Shown: piece after piece, positions 1-9,700 of the stretch | Layout: each line of letters starts with the position of its first letter | Position numbering within the stretch: the first letter of the stretch is position 1 | Assembly (NCBI GenBank): GCA_950097015.1 | Contig: CATNEN010000011.1 | Span: 1,550,001-1,614,000 of the forward strand | DNA: 64,000 bases | From: Macrostomum hystrix | Taxonomy: Eukaryota; Animalia; Platyhelminthes | Direction: 5' to 3' | Program-made: the position numbers and the translations under genes | The notes under the pieces: model-generated | The model's input: the letters and a program-made list of their open reading frames with translations, nothing else | Database searches by the model: none | What the model was told of the DNA's origin: nothing

Positions 1-3000
1 GAGGTTGTGGTGGTGTGACAGAGGGCTTGCAGAGCAGCCTGACTGTCCGAGTGAAAGATGATAGTCCTGCCTGAGATGTTTTTCTCATTCAACTCCGCAG
101 CGCAGGAGCTGATGGCCAGGACCTCGTTCTGGAAAACGCTCGAGGATTTTCCAGTGTGTTGGGCGTGTGTGGCGACAACACGTCCGTTGATAAGGATACA
201 GACCCCGAAGCCAGCGGAGCCATCCTTCATGGATCCGTCCGTGTAGCAGTGGACCTCCTGGGTGTTCCAGTGGTCGCTAACTTGGTCCCTGGTGGGGATG
301 AGAACCTTAAAGCGCTGAAGGAGGTTGAGCGAGCACGGTTCACCGTCCGTAAGGACATTGATTCCGTTGCTCGCACCCAAGTCTCTCAGGCAAAGGTCCG
401 TGTGCGGCAGGAGCTTTCGCTTCGCTGCCGCTCGTTGGGGGACGAAGCGCACACCGGCATCAAGGAGACGCCGGGCGGTTTTTGCCGCCTCCCCGCGGAT
501 AAAGATATCGAGCGGGAGGATGTTCAAGAAGGCGTTGAGGCCATCGAAGGGGGCGGATGGCGGGGCGCTCATGATCGTCCGACATGCGCGACCTTGCACT
601 CTCCGAAGAGTCTCATGGCAGGTCTTAAGCTGAAGGGCGCTAGCCCAGATCAGTCCGGCGTACGAGACAGCCGGCCTGACCATAGCAGTGTAGATCCACC
701 ATAGGCGTTTGGGGGTGAGACCCCACGTGTTGCCCACCGCCCTGCGCAGCTGCGCCAGGATCGCAAAGGCCTTTTTGGCTTTGGCATGGACATGAGGAGT
801 CCAGCTGAGCCTGTGATCGAGCGTTATGCCCAGGCATTTAGTTTGCTTCTGGAAGGTGATGTCCTTTCCATACAGCTGGAGGGGGCGAATATGCCATTTG
901 TTTTTGCTGGTGAACATGATCGCCGCTGTCTTAGACTCGGAGAGCTTCAGACCGCAGCGAGTTGCCCATCTTTCGGCGTTGTTGATAAAGTTTTGCAGAA
1001 GGTCTCGGAGGGCCTCTGGTACCGGGCCAGATGCCACTGCCGTAACATCATCCGCATAGCCGACCTTTAGGATGGGGTCTGGCTGAGAGTCTCGTAAGAG
1101 CTCGTCGATAACCATGTTCCAGAGAACTGGTGAGAGGACGCCGCCTTGTGGGCAACCTTTGCAGACAGTGACCGTCCGCTGGTGTCCAAGAAGGTGTGCC
1201 GTAGCAGTGCGGTGGCGGACCATGTACATGATCCACCTCCTAAGATGCGAATGCGTGTGCCGCATACGTAGGGCCCTGTCAAACGCCTCGAAGAGAACGT
1301 TGTCGAAGGCCCCGTCAATATCCAGGAAGATGCTCAGGGCAAAGCCGTTCCCGAGGACGGCCTTTTCCAGAGCGTCCACCAGAGCGTGGAGAGCGCTTTC
1401 GGTGGAACGTCCCGACCGAAAGGCGTGTTGATTGCCGCTTAGTGGCATATTTTTCAGCTCCACAGAGAGGAGGCGCCAGAGCACCAATCTCTCCATCAGT
1501 TTGACCATGGTGGAGGTAAGGCTAATTGGCCGAAACGATTTAATGGAATGGTAGTCCGGGCGGCCTGGCTTGGGGATAAAAACCACCCTCGCCTCGGTCC
1601 ATGCCTTCGGAACATACCCAAGCACAATGCAAGCCTTAAGGAGCTTGCAAAGATTTGTGAGGAAGCCATGGCATTTTACCGCCTCGCGGATGAAGGCTGG
1701 TATAATGCCGTCCGGCCCCGGGGATTTGAAGGGTTTGAAAGACTGGGCTGCCTTGGTAACCCGGTCTTCAGTAATGATGGACGTCGCAAGGATATGACCT
1801 CCCTCGGTGTGATCCGGGGGGTCTGTCCCTGCTGGCACGCTGGGGAAAAAGGCTGTGAGCATAGTGTCGAGCGTTTCCCCAGGGTTCTCGGTGGGTCGGC
1901 CATCGGCCTTCCTCACCGTCGAAAGCTTGGACATTTTGTCCAGCGTGAGGGCTTTGACAATTCTGGAGGTGGGGCGAGTGCCCTCAAGCTCCTCACAGTA
2001 TTGCCGCCACTTGCTGTTTTTGGCGTTTCTGACTTCCTTCTTGAAGCTATGGATGGCTTCGAGATACGCGGCCTGATCAGCCGGGTTTTTTGTCTTCGTG
2101 GCCCTGCGGTGCAGCCGCTTCGCCGTTCGACGGAGCTCGCCGAGCTGCGGATTCCACCAAGGGGCCGAAGTTTTGCCTCTGTAAGCTTTGAGGGGGCAGG
2201 AGGCCTCGAAGGCGGTGGTCAGCGAGTTGGTGAGAAACTCAGCTAGCTCATCCGCTTCATCGCAGGTGTTGGCGGGGGGGCTTAGGTTTCGTTGGGTTCC
2301 TTCGAGGTTATGCCTGAAGGCTTCCCAATCGGTATTCCTAGCGTTCCTTTTCCAAGTGATCTGGTTAGTGCAGCGTGCACCCGCCAGTTGGAAAGAGATG
2401 TATTTATGATCGGAGAGGGAGGTCTCCGGCAGAACCTGCCACTCCCTAAGGCTCTGGTAAAGCCCAGGTGTGGCTAGAGTGGCGTCGATGACCTCAGACC
2501 ACCGGCCATTGTCAAAGGTCGGGGTGCTCCCTGTGTTGCAGAACTCCAGGGACGTGGTTAAGATGTAGGCAAGGAGGTCCTCGCCTCTCGAGTTAATGTC
2601 AGAGCTCCCCCAGTGGGTGTGGTGGGCGTTAATATCGCCAGCCACTATGAGCTCATAGTTTTTGGCAGCGCAGGTTTCAGTCAGAGAGATCAGCTCCTCA
2701 GGGACTGCCGGCCTGTCGCCCGGTAAGTAAACCGAGGCGATTAAGACGGTTTTTCCTGGGAGGATGTTCTCCGTCTGGATGACACAGGTGTCCCGATCAG
2801 AAAGGTCGGGTCTGTGCCAGGCGTTGAGGGAGTCTCTCACGAGGATGCACGCCCTGGGAGTTTGGTTCTCCCAGTGACGGCTGTTGTAGAGGCAGTGATA
2901 CCCATTGGGTACATTTTGAGGCTTACCTTTATGAGTCCACGGCTCCTGGACGAGGATGAGACCCGGCATGTTGAGCTCGACATAGCGCATCAGATTGACG

Positions 3001-3062
3001 GATGCAGCTATGCAGTGTTGCAGGTTAACCTGCAGGCAGGTGATCCCAGTGTGGCCGATCAT
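1..3062 (-). CDS. Retrotransposon ORF2: apurinic endonuclease + reverse transcriptase + RNase H (partial, >1020 aa, open to the window edge)
   Basis: Manual translation from ATG 3062 found no stop. APE motifs LQVNL, VQEPW, GDINAHHTHWGS, PTF, SDH. RT motifs KSPGPDGI, FIPKPG, FRPISL, FLDIDGAFD, GCPQGGVLSP, YADD (1058-1047). RNase H motifs CYTDGS (~245-231), SVFQNE, IFHSDSQ. Missing from the ORF track because it has no stop in the window. Confidence 0.96.
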   Translation of the reverse strand, partial: MIGHTGITCLQVNLQHCIAASVNLMRYVELNMPGLILVQEPWTHKGKPQNVPNGYHCLYNSRHWENQTPRACILVRDSLNAWHRPDLSDRDTCVIQTENILPGKTVLIASVYLPGDRPAVPEELISLTETCAAKNYELIVAGDINAHHTHWGSSDINSRGEDLLAYILTTSLEFCNTGSTPTFDNGRWSEVIDATLATPGLYQSLREWQVLPETSLSDHKYISFQLAGARCTNQITWKRNARNTDWEAFRHNLEGTQRNLSPPANTCDEADELAEFLTNSLTTAFEASCPLKAYRGKTSAPWWNPQLGELRRTAKRLHRRATKTKNPADQAAYLEAIHSFKKEVRNAKNSKWRQYCEELEGTRPTSRIVKALTLDKMSKLSTVRKADGRPTENPGETLDTMLTAFFPSVPAGTDPPDHTEGGHILATSIITEDRVTKAAQSFKPFKSPGPDGIIPAFIREAVKCHGFLTNLCKLLKACIVLGYVPKAWTEARVVFIPKPGRPDYHSIKSFRPISLTSTMVKLMERLVLWRLLSVELKNMPLSGNQHAFRSGRSTESALHALVDALEKAVLGNGFALSIFLDIDGAFDNVLFEAFDRALRMRHTHSHLRRWIMYMVRHRTATAHLLGHQRTVTVCKGCPQGGVLSPVLWNMVIDELLRDSQPDPILKVGYADDVTAVASGPVPEALRDLLQNFINNAERWATRCGLKLSESKTAAIMFTSKNKWHIRPLQLYGKDITFQKQTKCLGITLDHRLSWTPHVHAKAKKAFAILAQLRRAVGNTWGLTPKRLWWIYTAMVRPAVSYAGLIWASALQLKTCHETLRRVQGRACRTIMSAPPSAPFDGLNAFLNILPLDIFIRGEAAKTARRLLDAGVRFVPQRAAAKRKLLPHTDLCLRDLGASNGINVLTDGEPCSLNLLQRFKVLIPTRDQVSDHWNTQEVHCYTDGSMKDGSAGFGVCILINGRVVATHAQHTGKSSSVFQNEVLAISSCAAELNEKNISGRTIIFHSDSQAALQALCHTTTT

Positions 3063-4645
3063 GGTCCAGCGGGAGTCTCCTTGAGCAGCTCGTCCTCCTC
3101 AGACGGGGTCGGGCTGCAGACCTCCATGAGTAGCGGCGCGCCCGCAACCGCTGTGGAGGGAACGGCGGGAATCGCTGCGGAGAGCTGCTGCTCTGACCGC
3201 TGCGTGTCCCGGCCGCTCCACCCAACAACGGTGCAGTCGCTGCCGTCACTCGACGCCTCGCCCTCGGGGGTCGGGTCCGTGTGGATGGCAGCCTCCTTCC
3301 GGTGAGGGGGATCCTCAGACCAGTCGGTGGCCACCGCTCCGTGGGTCCCGGCACTTTGCGGCTGGCTGGGAGGAAGGGAGGTTTGCGCTTTTGTAGCGCG
3401 GGAGCGCTCCAGGTGCTCTCTGAGCGCTCGGGCTTCGCTGAGCGCCCGCAAGACCAGGCCCGATTTGCGGTTGTTGCGGGCTGGTCTACGATCTCGGGGG
3501 CCGGATTCGGCGATGCGGATATTTTTGCCCGGGCGGGGGTCCGCGGACGTTGCATGCCGCTTAGCTGGCGGAGCTTTCGCCCCAGAGCCAGGAGCGGCCC
3601 GCTTATTTTCCGATCCCTCCCCGGCCTTCCTCTCCTGACAATCCAGGATGGTCAGCGGGTAGAGTCCCGGTTTGATTACGCTCTTGTGAGGGATCCTTTT
3701 GGACCAGGCTTCGGAGAAGCCGTAGATCGCCGTGAAACCCTCCGCTTCTTTGCGGACGGTTTCGTGGCAGATCAGCCCGGAGGCTGGGAGGTCCGGGTTC
3801 ATCTTCAGCAGCAGCTGCCGAAGTTGGTCCCCGGACCGGATTGAGCAGGCGTCGGGGACCCAGACACGATGACGTCGGGTCCGTGGACGCTCGGACTCGG
3901 TGGTGCACCTCAGTCTTCCGACATCGGTGCTCCACTTGAAGTCTTTGATCCGATCGCGCAGCAGGCGGCTATCCCCCGCCGATTTGCACCAGAGGAGGAC
4001 AGCCCCCTCCTGCGCTTCGGACCTGACAACGCTGACTGGTGTCCCTGCCAGTGCCAGGTCCGTGAGGCCCTCGTCGATGGTCCTGAGCATGCTTTTGAGC
4101 TGCTCGTTTGAGAGGTCCTGTTCCTCGCCGACCACAATGATCGCCGGCTGGACAGGCTCCCGCTTGGCTTTGGAGGCATAGGTCTCCTTGGCCTTGCTGG
4201 CGTTGGACGTGCCGGCCTTGTGGGTGGTGGTGGCCGTGATGGCGGTGGGGGCGGCGGCTCCAGATGGCCCTGCTGCGCCTTCCACGCTCTTTCCGTCGGC
4301 GTCGGTGCCGGCCTTGGAGATGGTGCTGGCCGGAGCGGCGGTGGGGGGGGCGGCGGATCCAGGTGGCCCTGCCGCATCTTTCGCACCCGCCTCGTGTGCA
4401 GGTGTCGGGCGCCCACCAGTCGCGGCCGCCGCAGCATTACGGCGGCGTTCGTTGCGCTTCTGGTTGCGCCTTACACGCGCTTCCTCCGAGCGCTTGCGGC
4501 TCGGGTTGCGTTTATCCTGGTCGACGATTTCAGTGGCGGGATTCTCAGTCCCACCAGCTGCACCGAGGACGTGGGACCTGCCAGTGGCAGCGTCCGGAGC
4601 GGCCGAGTTTAGCTCGGTTTCGAAAGAAGAGATGGGCGAGGCCAT
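3059..4645 (-). CDS. Retrotransposon ORF1 (nucleic-acid-binding/gag-like, ~528 aa from MASPISS; the frame stays open upstream to 5251 through the repeats)
   Basis: Long ORF directly upstream of ORF2. Basic R/K-rich tract (RKRSEEARVRRNQKRNERRR), Ala/Pro linker, and a central W-containing domain reminiscent of the DUF4780-type ORF1 of LOA elements (inference). No CCHC knuckle seen. Start choice uncertain. Confidence 0.8.
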   Translation of the reverse strand: MASPISSFETELNSAAPDAATGRSHVLGAAGGTENPATEIVDQDKRNPSRKRSEEARVRRNQKRNERRRNAAAAATGGRPTPAHEAGAKDAAGPPGSAAPPTAAPASTISKAGTDADGKSVEGAAGPSGAAAPTAITATTTHKAGTSNASKAKETYASKAKREPVQPAIIVVGEEQDLSNEQLKSMLRTIDEGLTDLALAGTPVSVVRSEAQEGAVLLWCKSAGDSRLLRDRIKDFKWSTDVGRLRCTTESERPRTRRHRVWVPDACSIRSGDQLRQLLLKMNPDLPASGLICHETVRKEAEGFTAIYGFSEAWSKRIPHKSVIKPGLYPLTILDCQERKAGEGSENKRAAPGSGAKAPPAKRHATSADPRPGKNIRIAESGPRDRRPARNNRKSGLVLRALSEARALREHLERSRATKAQTSLPPSQPQSAGTHGAVATDWSEDPPHRKEAAIHTDPTPEGEASSDGSDCTVVGWSGRDTQRSEQQLSAAIPAVPSTAVAGAPLLMEVCSPTPSEEDELLKETPAGP

Positions 4646-4854
4646 GGCTGAAAAGCAGGTGGGGGGCTGCTCGTTACACGAGTGAGAAAAGCCCGACTGG
4701 CCGACACCCCAAGCCAGCCGGGAGCAGCAAAAAGGCACCGTTAGCGGCTGGAATACTCCCCAACCAAAGCGCGGACTGAAGTCCGGCAAAGCCCAGCAGC
4801 ACGGATGCACTGGGGACATTAGAGGGTACCAAAAGGCCGGTACCGAGGCCTGCG

Positions 4855-5395
4855 GACTGGCCGCATACCCTGTTAGGGTCAAAGGGTAGTACCATTTCCT
4901 CAGAGCCGTAGCCAGAGGTACCTGATCACGCACAGGTGCACGAAGCTGCGGACTGGCCGCATACCCTGTTAAGGTCAAAGGGTAACACCATTTCCTCAGA
5001 GCCGTAGCCAGAGGTACCTGATCACGCACAGGTGCACGAAGCTGCGGACTGGCCGCATACCCTGTTAAGGTCAAAGGGTGACACCTTTCCCTCAGAGCCG
5101 TAGCCAGAGGTACCTGATCACGCACAGGTGCACGAAGCTGCGGACTGGCCGCATACCCTGTTAAGGTCAAAGGGTGACACCTTTCCCTCAGAGCCGTAGC
5201 CAGAGGTACCTGATCACGCACAGGTGCACGAAAACTGCGGACTGGCCGCATACCCTGTTAAGGTCAATGGGTGACACCTTTCCCTCAGAGCCGTAGCCAG
5301 AGGTACCTGATCACGCACAGGTGCACGAACGCTGCGGACTGGCCGCATACCCTGTTAAGGTCAAAGGGTGGCACCTTTCCCTCCAGCCGGGGCTA
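4855..5395 (-). repeat. ~6 tandem copies of a 96-97 bp monomer in the retrotransposon 5' UTR
   Basis: Motif ccgcataccc recurs at 4861, 4957, 5053, 5149, 5246, 5343. Confidence 0.95.
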
Positions 5396-5443
5396 GAGGT
5401 ACCCAGTTTGGCCAGAGGCCCTGGATGGGTCATCCAACGCTGT

Positions 5444-5671
5444 TGCCCATTCTGTCCGGCTGCCCTAGGGGCAGCCTTGAACACTCGCGGGGCGTGTACC
5501 CATGGGTCAGCTGACGGGGCAGCGTGGAGGGATTCCTGCACCCGAAGGCACAGGTCTCCTTCCTGCCAAGCCTGCTCAAAAAGCGACTGCAGGTGTGAGG
5601 CATCGCAGACCTTAGCCCGTGGGCCTGGTCTGACTCATACCTCACAGGCACTGTGTCCCGCCGGTGCGAGC
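5444..5671 (-). ncRNA. HDV-like self-cleaving ribozyme (predicted) at the retrotransposon 5' end
   Basis: Minus-strand pairing: P1 GCUCGC (5671-5666)/GCGAGU (5488-5483) with a G1-U wobble; P2 CCCAU (5506-5502)/AUGGG (5450-5446); P3 GGG/CCC (5501-5499/5491-5489); L3 UACACGC; P1.1 AC/GU (5497-5496/5482-5481); P4 GGCUGCCC-CUA-GGGCAGCC; J4/2 C-A-G-A with candidate catalytic C at 5454; ~160-nt J1/2 insertion. Not tested computationally or biochemically. Confidence 0.72.
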
Positions 5672-5843
5672 TCGTTATTTATATGGGTCCGTTAAAAATA
5701 TTTACACTGCCTTTTCTTTCAGCTTTCTTGCGTTAATTTTGCTTTATTTCTGGGGGCTATTAATTGTCACGTCCAGACTTCTCCTATAAAAAAAGAGGAA
5801 AAAGCAATTTTCTGCCTTTTAACAAATCTATCTTTTGTTACAG

Positions 5844-7485
5844 AAACTTCAAAAGCAACAACTACGCAAAGTACAGCCTGGAAGCGTTCATGGAGCGCAA
5901 GCACGGCCTATTATCCAGCACAGTTGAGTTCAAACTGCTCAGCAAGCTACTCACAATGGATCCTTTGAAACGCATCACGGCCAAGGATGCAATGGAGGAT
6001 CGCTACTTTGTAGAAGATCCCAAGCCGTCCCAGGATGTCTTCGAAGGCATGGAAATTCCTTACAGCAAGCGGGAGTTCATCACTGACGAGGATTCCGACG
6101 ATAAGGAGAAACACCTTCAACGGGTGGGTCAATGTGGCTTCTCCTAGTTACTAAACTTTATTGTCGGATTCGAACTCCCGACCTCTCGCTCTATGTAGCT
6201 CTAGCTAGATTATTTTAAAGCGAAACTAAATCACTGTTTCATACTCCGCAGCAGCAGCATCTGCAGGCTGGCCAAGGCGGCAATAGCAGCATGTCACAGA
6301 TGTCCTCGCAGCAGCAGCAGCAGTCGTCTTCAATGATGACAGGCGAGCCGCCGGCTAAACGCGGTCGCATGCAAATGCCAGGGCCGCCGCATATTGACCC
6401 CCAACAACAACAGCAGCAGCAGCAGCAAGGCTTCCTGCAGGTAAAATATTTAATGATCATGTATACCATGTATAAACGGTCATTATTTAGGCTTATCATC
6501 CAGGATTATCGAAAAAAACTATTCGATATTTTTTGCAGAAATCCTCAGGAGTAATCAGTAGAAACTCTCAGGGATAATCTGTAGAATTTTTTGGGATAAT
6601 CGATAGAAATACTTAAGGATAAGGATAAGGATTAAATAAAACCCCTCAGGGATTATTCATAGAAATCCTCAGGGATTATTAATAGAAATCCTCAGGGATA
6701 ATCGATAAAAATCCTCAGGGATAATTCATAGAAATCCTCAGGGAAAATCGGTAGAAATCCTTAGGGAAAATCGATAGAAATCCTTAGGGAAAATCGGTAG
6801 AAATCCTCAGGGATAATTCATAGAAATCGTCAGGGAAAATCGGTAGAAATCCTCAGGGATAATTCATAGAAATTCTCAGGGATTATTAATAGAAATCCTC
6901 AGGGATAATCGATAAAAATCCTCAGGGATAAGTCATAGAAATCCTCAGGGAAAATCGGTAGAAATCCTTAGAGAAAATCGATAGAAATCCTTAGGGAAAA
7001 TCGGTAGAAATCCTCAGGGATAATTCATAGAAATCCTCAGGGAAAATCGGTAGAAATCCTCAGGGATAATTCATAGAAATTCTCAGGGATTATTAATAGA
7101 AATCCTCAGGGATAATCGATAAAAATCCTCAGGGATAAGTCATAGAAATCCTCAGGGAAAATCGGTAGAAATCCTTAGAGAAAATCGATAGAAATCCTTA
7201 GGGAAAGTCGGTAGAAATCCTCAGGGATAATTCATAGAAATCCTCAGGGAAAATCGGTAGAAATCCTCAGGGATAATTCATAGAAATCGTCAGGGAAAAT
7301 CGGTAGAAATCCTCAGGGATAGTTCATAGAAATCCTCAGGGAAAATCGGTAGAAATCCTGTGAGATAATCGTTACATTTCAGTCATCCACCTCGCTCATT
7401 CCAGTCGCATTCGAGTCAGCACAAGCGCACCTTCCAGAATCGCTACGCACCGCCGAACATTGGCTTTGGCCAGAAATTCAATTGA
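5844..7485 (+). CDS. CDK8: Cyclin-dependent kinase 8/19, C-terminal exons (5844-6123, 6252-6440, probable last exon 7405-7485); upstream exons lie left of the window
   Basis: KLLTMDPLKRITAKDAMEDRYFVEDPKPSQDVFEGMEIPYSKREFITDE matches the CDK8 kinase C-lobe/tail. The Q-rich exon with EPPAKRGR resembles the CDK8 tail. Canonical ag/gt sites give compatible phases. The last exon (SHSSQHKRTFQNRYAPPNIGFGQKFN*) is less certain. Confidence 0.9.
6537..7370. repeat. 23-bp minisatellite (tagaaatcctcagggataattca) with a 207-bp higher-order repeat, in a CDK8 intron
   Basis: Visible tandem unit; the variant gggattattaat recurs at 6672, 6879, 7086. Confidence 0.95.
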
Positions 7486-7965
7486 ACATCGGTCGATTCG
7501 CCTCTCCCTCTGTGCAGCAGCAATTAGTACTAGTTTTATTTAAGTAGCTTTTCATTAGCCCTTTTCTGAGCCTACGAGATTATCCGCTGTTGAGTTGCGC
7601 TTGGCTTCATTCTGTTTTCATTCATTTTGAATGCTTTCCTCAATAGCTCTGTAAAGATAAGGTGGCATCATATATTTTGAGAATACAATCAGCTTCTGTG
7701 TGTTGCTTTTTTAATGATTTGTCCTTTTTTTTTAAAAACAAGCAACAGCTTTTTTGTCTTTTAATGCTAATGTCGTTATGGTTTTTTTTCTTAAACTTAA
7801 TTTAAAATTTCGCATTGTTTGGTTTCTTTGTTTAGAAAAACAATTGTTTGACTACACCAGGCTTCAATCTGTTGTGTTAGCTGACAAACAATTAATCATC
7901 TTGAAAATTCGTCCTAGATTTAGAATCGTCCCAACTGGTAGGTCTCTAGACGTCCAACTAGACGT

Positions 7966-8366
7966 CCCAAATCGTCTCAACCCGTTCAGGAATCGTCTCA
8001 ACCCATTAAGGAATCGTCTCAACCCGTTAAGGAATCGTCTCAACCCATTAAGGAATCGTCTCAACCCGTTAAGGAATCGTCTCAACCCGTTAAGGAATCG
8101 TCTCCACCCGTTAAGGAATCGTTTCCACCCGTTAAGGAATCGTCTCAACCCGTTAAGGAATCGTCTCCACCCATTAATGAATCGTCTCAACCCGTTAAGG
8201 AATCGTCTCAACCCGCTAAGGAATCGTCTCAACCCGTTAAGGAATCGTCTCAACCCGTTAAGGAATCGTCTCAACCCGTTAAGGAATCGTCTCAACCCGT
8301 TAAGAAATCGTCTTAACCCGTTAAGGAATCGTCTCAATCCGTTAAGGAATCGTCTCAACCCATTAA
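7966..8366. repeat. 21-bp minisatellite (cccgttaaggaatcgtctcaa), ~19 copies
   Basis: Direct tandem repeat; explains the NPLRNRL/NGLRRFL ORFs. Confidence 0.97.
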
Positions 8367-8924
8367 AGTACAAATATTGTGCAAACTATACAGTTTTTTT
8401 AATAGCTCATTTCTGTATTCTGTGTACCATAATGGACTGGCGAAGATTTCAACATAATTTCTGTTAATAAATTGACATTTAAGCTGCAGTCCGTTCTGTT
8501 TGTTTGCATCCATGTTTTAATTCGTTTTGGCTATTTGTCGCTCGATTTTTTTCACAAATCAGGATTCTTTTTGAGATTTATTATCTATTCATTTGTTTGT
8601 TGTTTGTTCATATTCCATGCTTATTAAAGGCCTCGCTAAATTTATAAAAGTTTTTTAGTTTGCAAATTTTTTAAATTTATGATTGCTCGCTTCAATTTAA
8701 ATTTGGTAATTCTTAAAAATGCTGTTTTGTTAGTGAAAAAACACAAAATGTTTGTCTCTGTAAGTTACCAAATAGACATTCTGCAGTCAATATTGTCTTG
8801 TATTTATACAATACCGCCCCACACCATGTTTGCTGTTGCCTTGGTGTGATAACTTAGATGTTATCAAATTAACAAATAATTACTTCGATTTGACTTTTGC
8901 TTTTCTACTTTCGTGAAAATTATC

Positions 8925-9700
8925 TCCCTTCAACCCTTCACAAGACTATCTGCCTTCAACCCTTCACAATAGACTCTTACTTCTACCCTTCCTATGAGAA
9001 TCTGCCTTCAACCCTTCACAAGATAATCCTTCAACCCTTCACAATAGAATCTCCCTTCAACCCTTCACAAGAGAATCTCCCTTCAACCCTTCACAGCAGA
9101 ATCTCCCTTCAACCCTTCACAAGAGAATCTTCCTTCAACCCTTCACAAGAGAATCTCCCCTCAACCCTTCACAAGAGAATCTCCTTCAACCCTTCACAGG
9201 AGAATCTACCCTCAACCCTTCACAAGAGAATCTCCCTTCAACCCTTCACAGGAGAATCTACCCTCAACCCTTCACAAGAGAATCTCCCTTCAACCCTTCA
9301 CAGGAGAATCTCCCTTCAACCATTCACAAGAGAATCTCCCTTCAACCCTTCACAGCAGAATCTCCCTTCAACCCTTCACAAGAGAATCTCCCTTCAACCA
9401 TTCACAGCAGAATCTCCCTTCAACCCTTCACAGCAGAATCTCCCTTCAACCCTTCACAAGAGAATCTCCCTTCAACCATTCACAGCAGAATCTCCCTTCA
9501 ACCCTTCACAGCAGAATCTCCCTTCTACCCTTCACAAGAGAATCTCCCTTCAACCCTTCACAAGAGAATCTCCCTTCAACCATTCACAGCAGAATCTCCC
9601 TTTAACCCTTCACAATAAAATCTCCCTTCAACCCTTCACAGCAGAATCTCCCTTCTACCCTTCACAAGAGAATCTCCCTTCAACCCTTTACAAGAGAACC
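8925..9700. repeat. 26-bp minisatellite (cccttcaacccttcacaagagaatct)
   Basis: Direct tandem repeat with an internal cccttca dimer. Confidence 0.95.

Larger units (their letters stand above)
1..5671 (-). mobile_element. Non-LTR retrotransposon, LOA/I-group-like, 5' end present, 3' end beyond the window; antisense within a CDK8 intron
   Basis: GC-rich block ending abruptly near 5672; two overlapping ORFs on the minus strand (ORF1 and APE-RT-RNase H ORF2); tandem-repeat 5' UTR. An RNase H after RT and an ORF1 lacking CCHC knuckles point to the LOA clade (inference). TSD cannot be assessed because the 3' end is outside the window. Confidence 0.93.

Noticed and set aside
58-4895. Plus-strand ORFs antisense to the retrotransposon
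   Set aside because: Expected shadows of GC-rich coding sequence; no recognisable motifs.
4855-5395. Hammerhead ribozyme in the 96-bp monomer (CUGAGGGAAA)
   Set aside because: Does not match the CUGANGA...GAAA core with flanking stems.
6160-6200. B-box-like fragments (also ~19960, ~33320, ~40870)
   Set aside because: Too short or decayed to call as SINE or Pol III genes.
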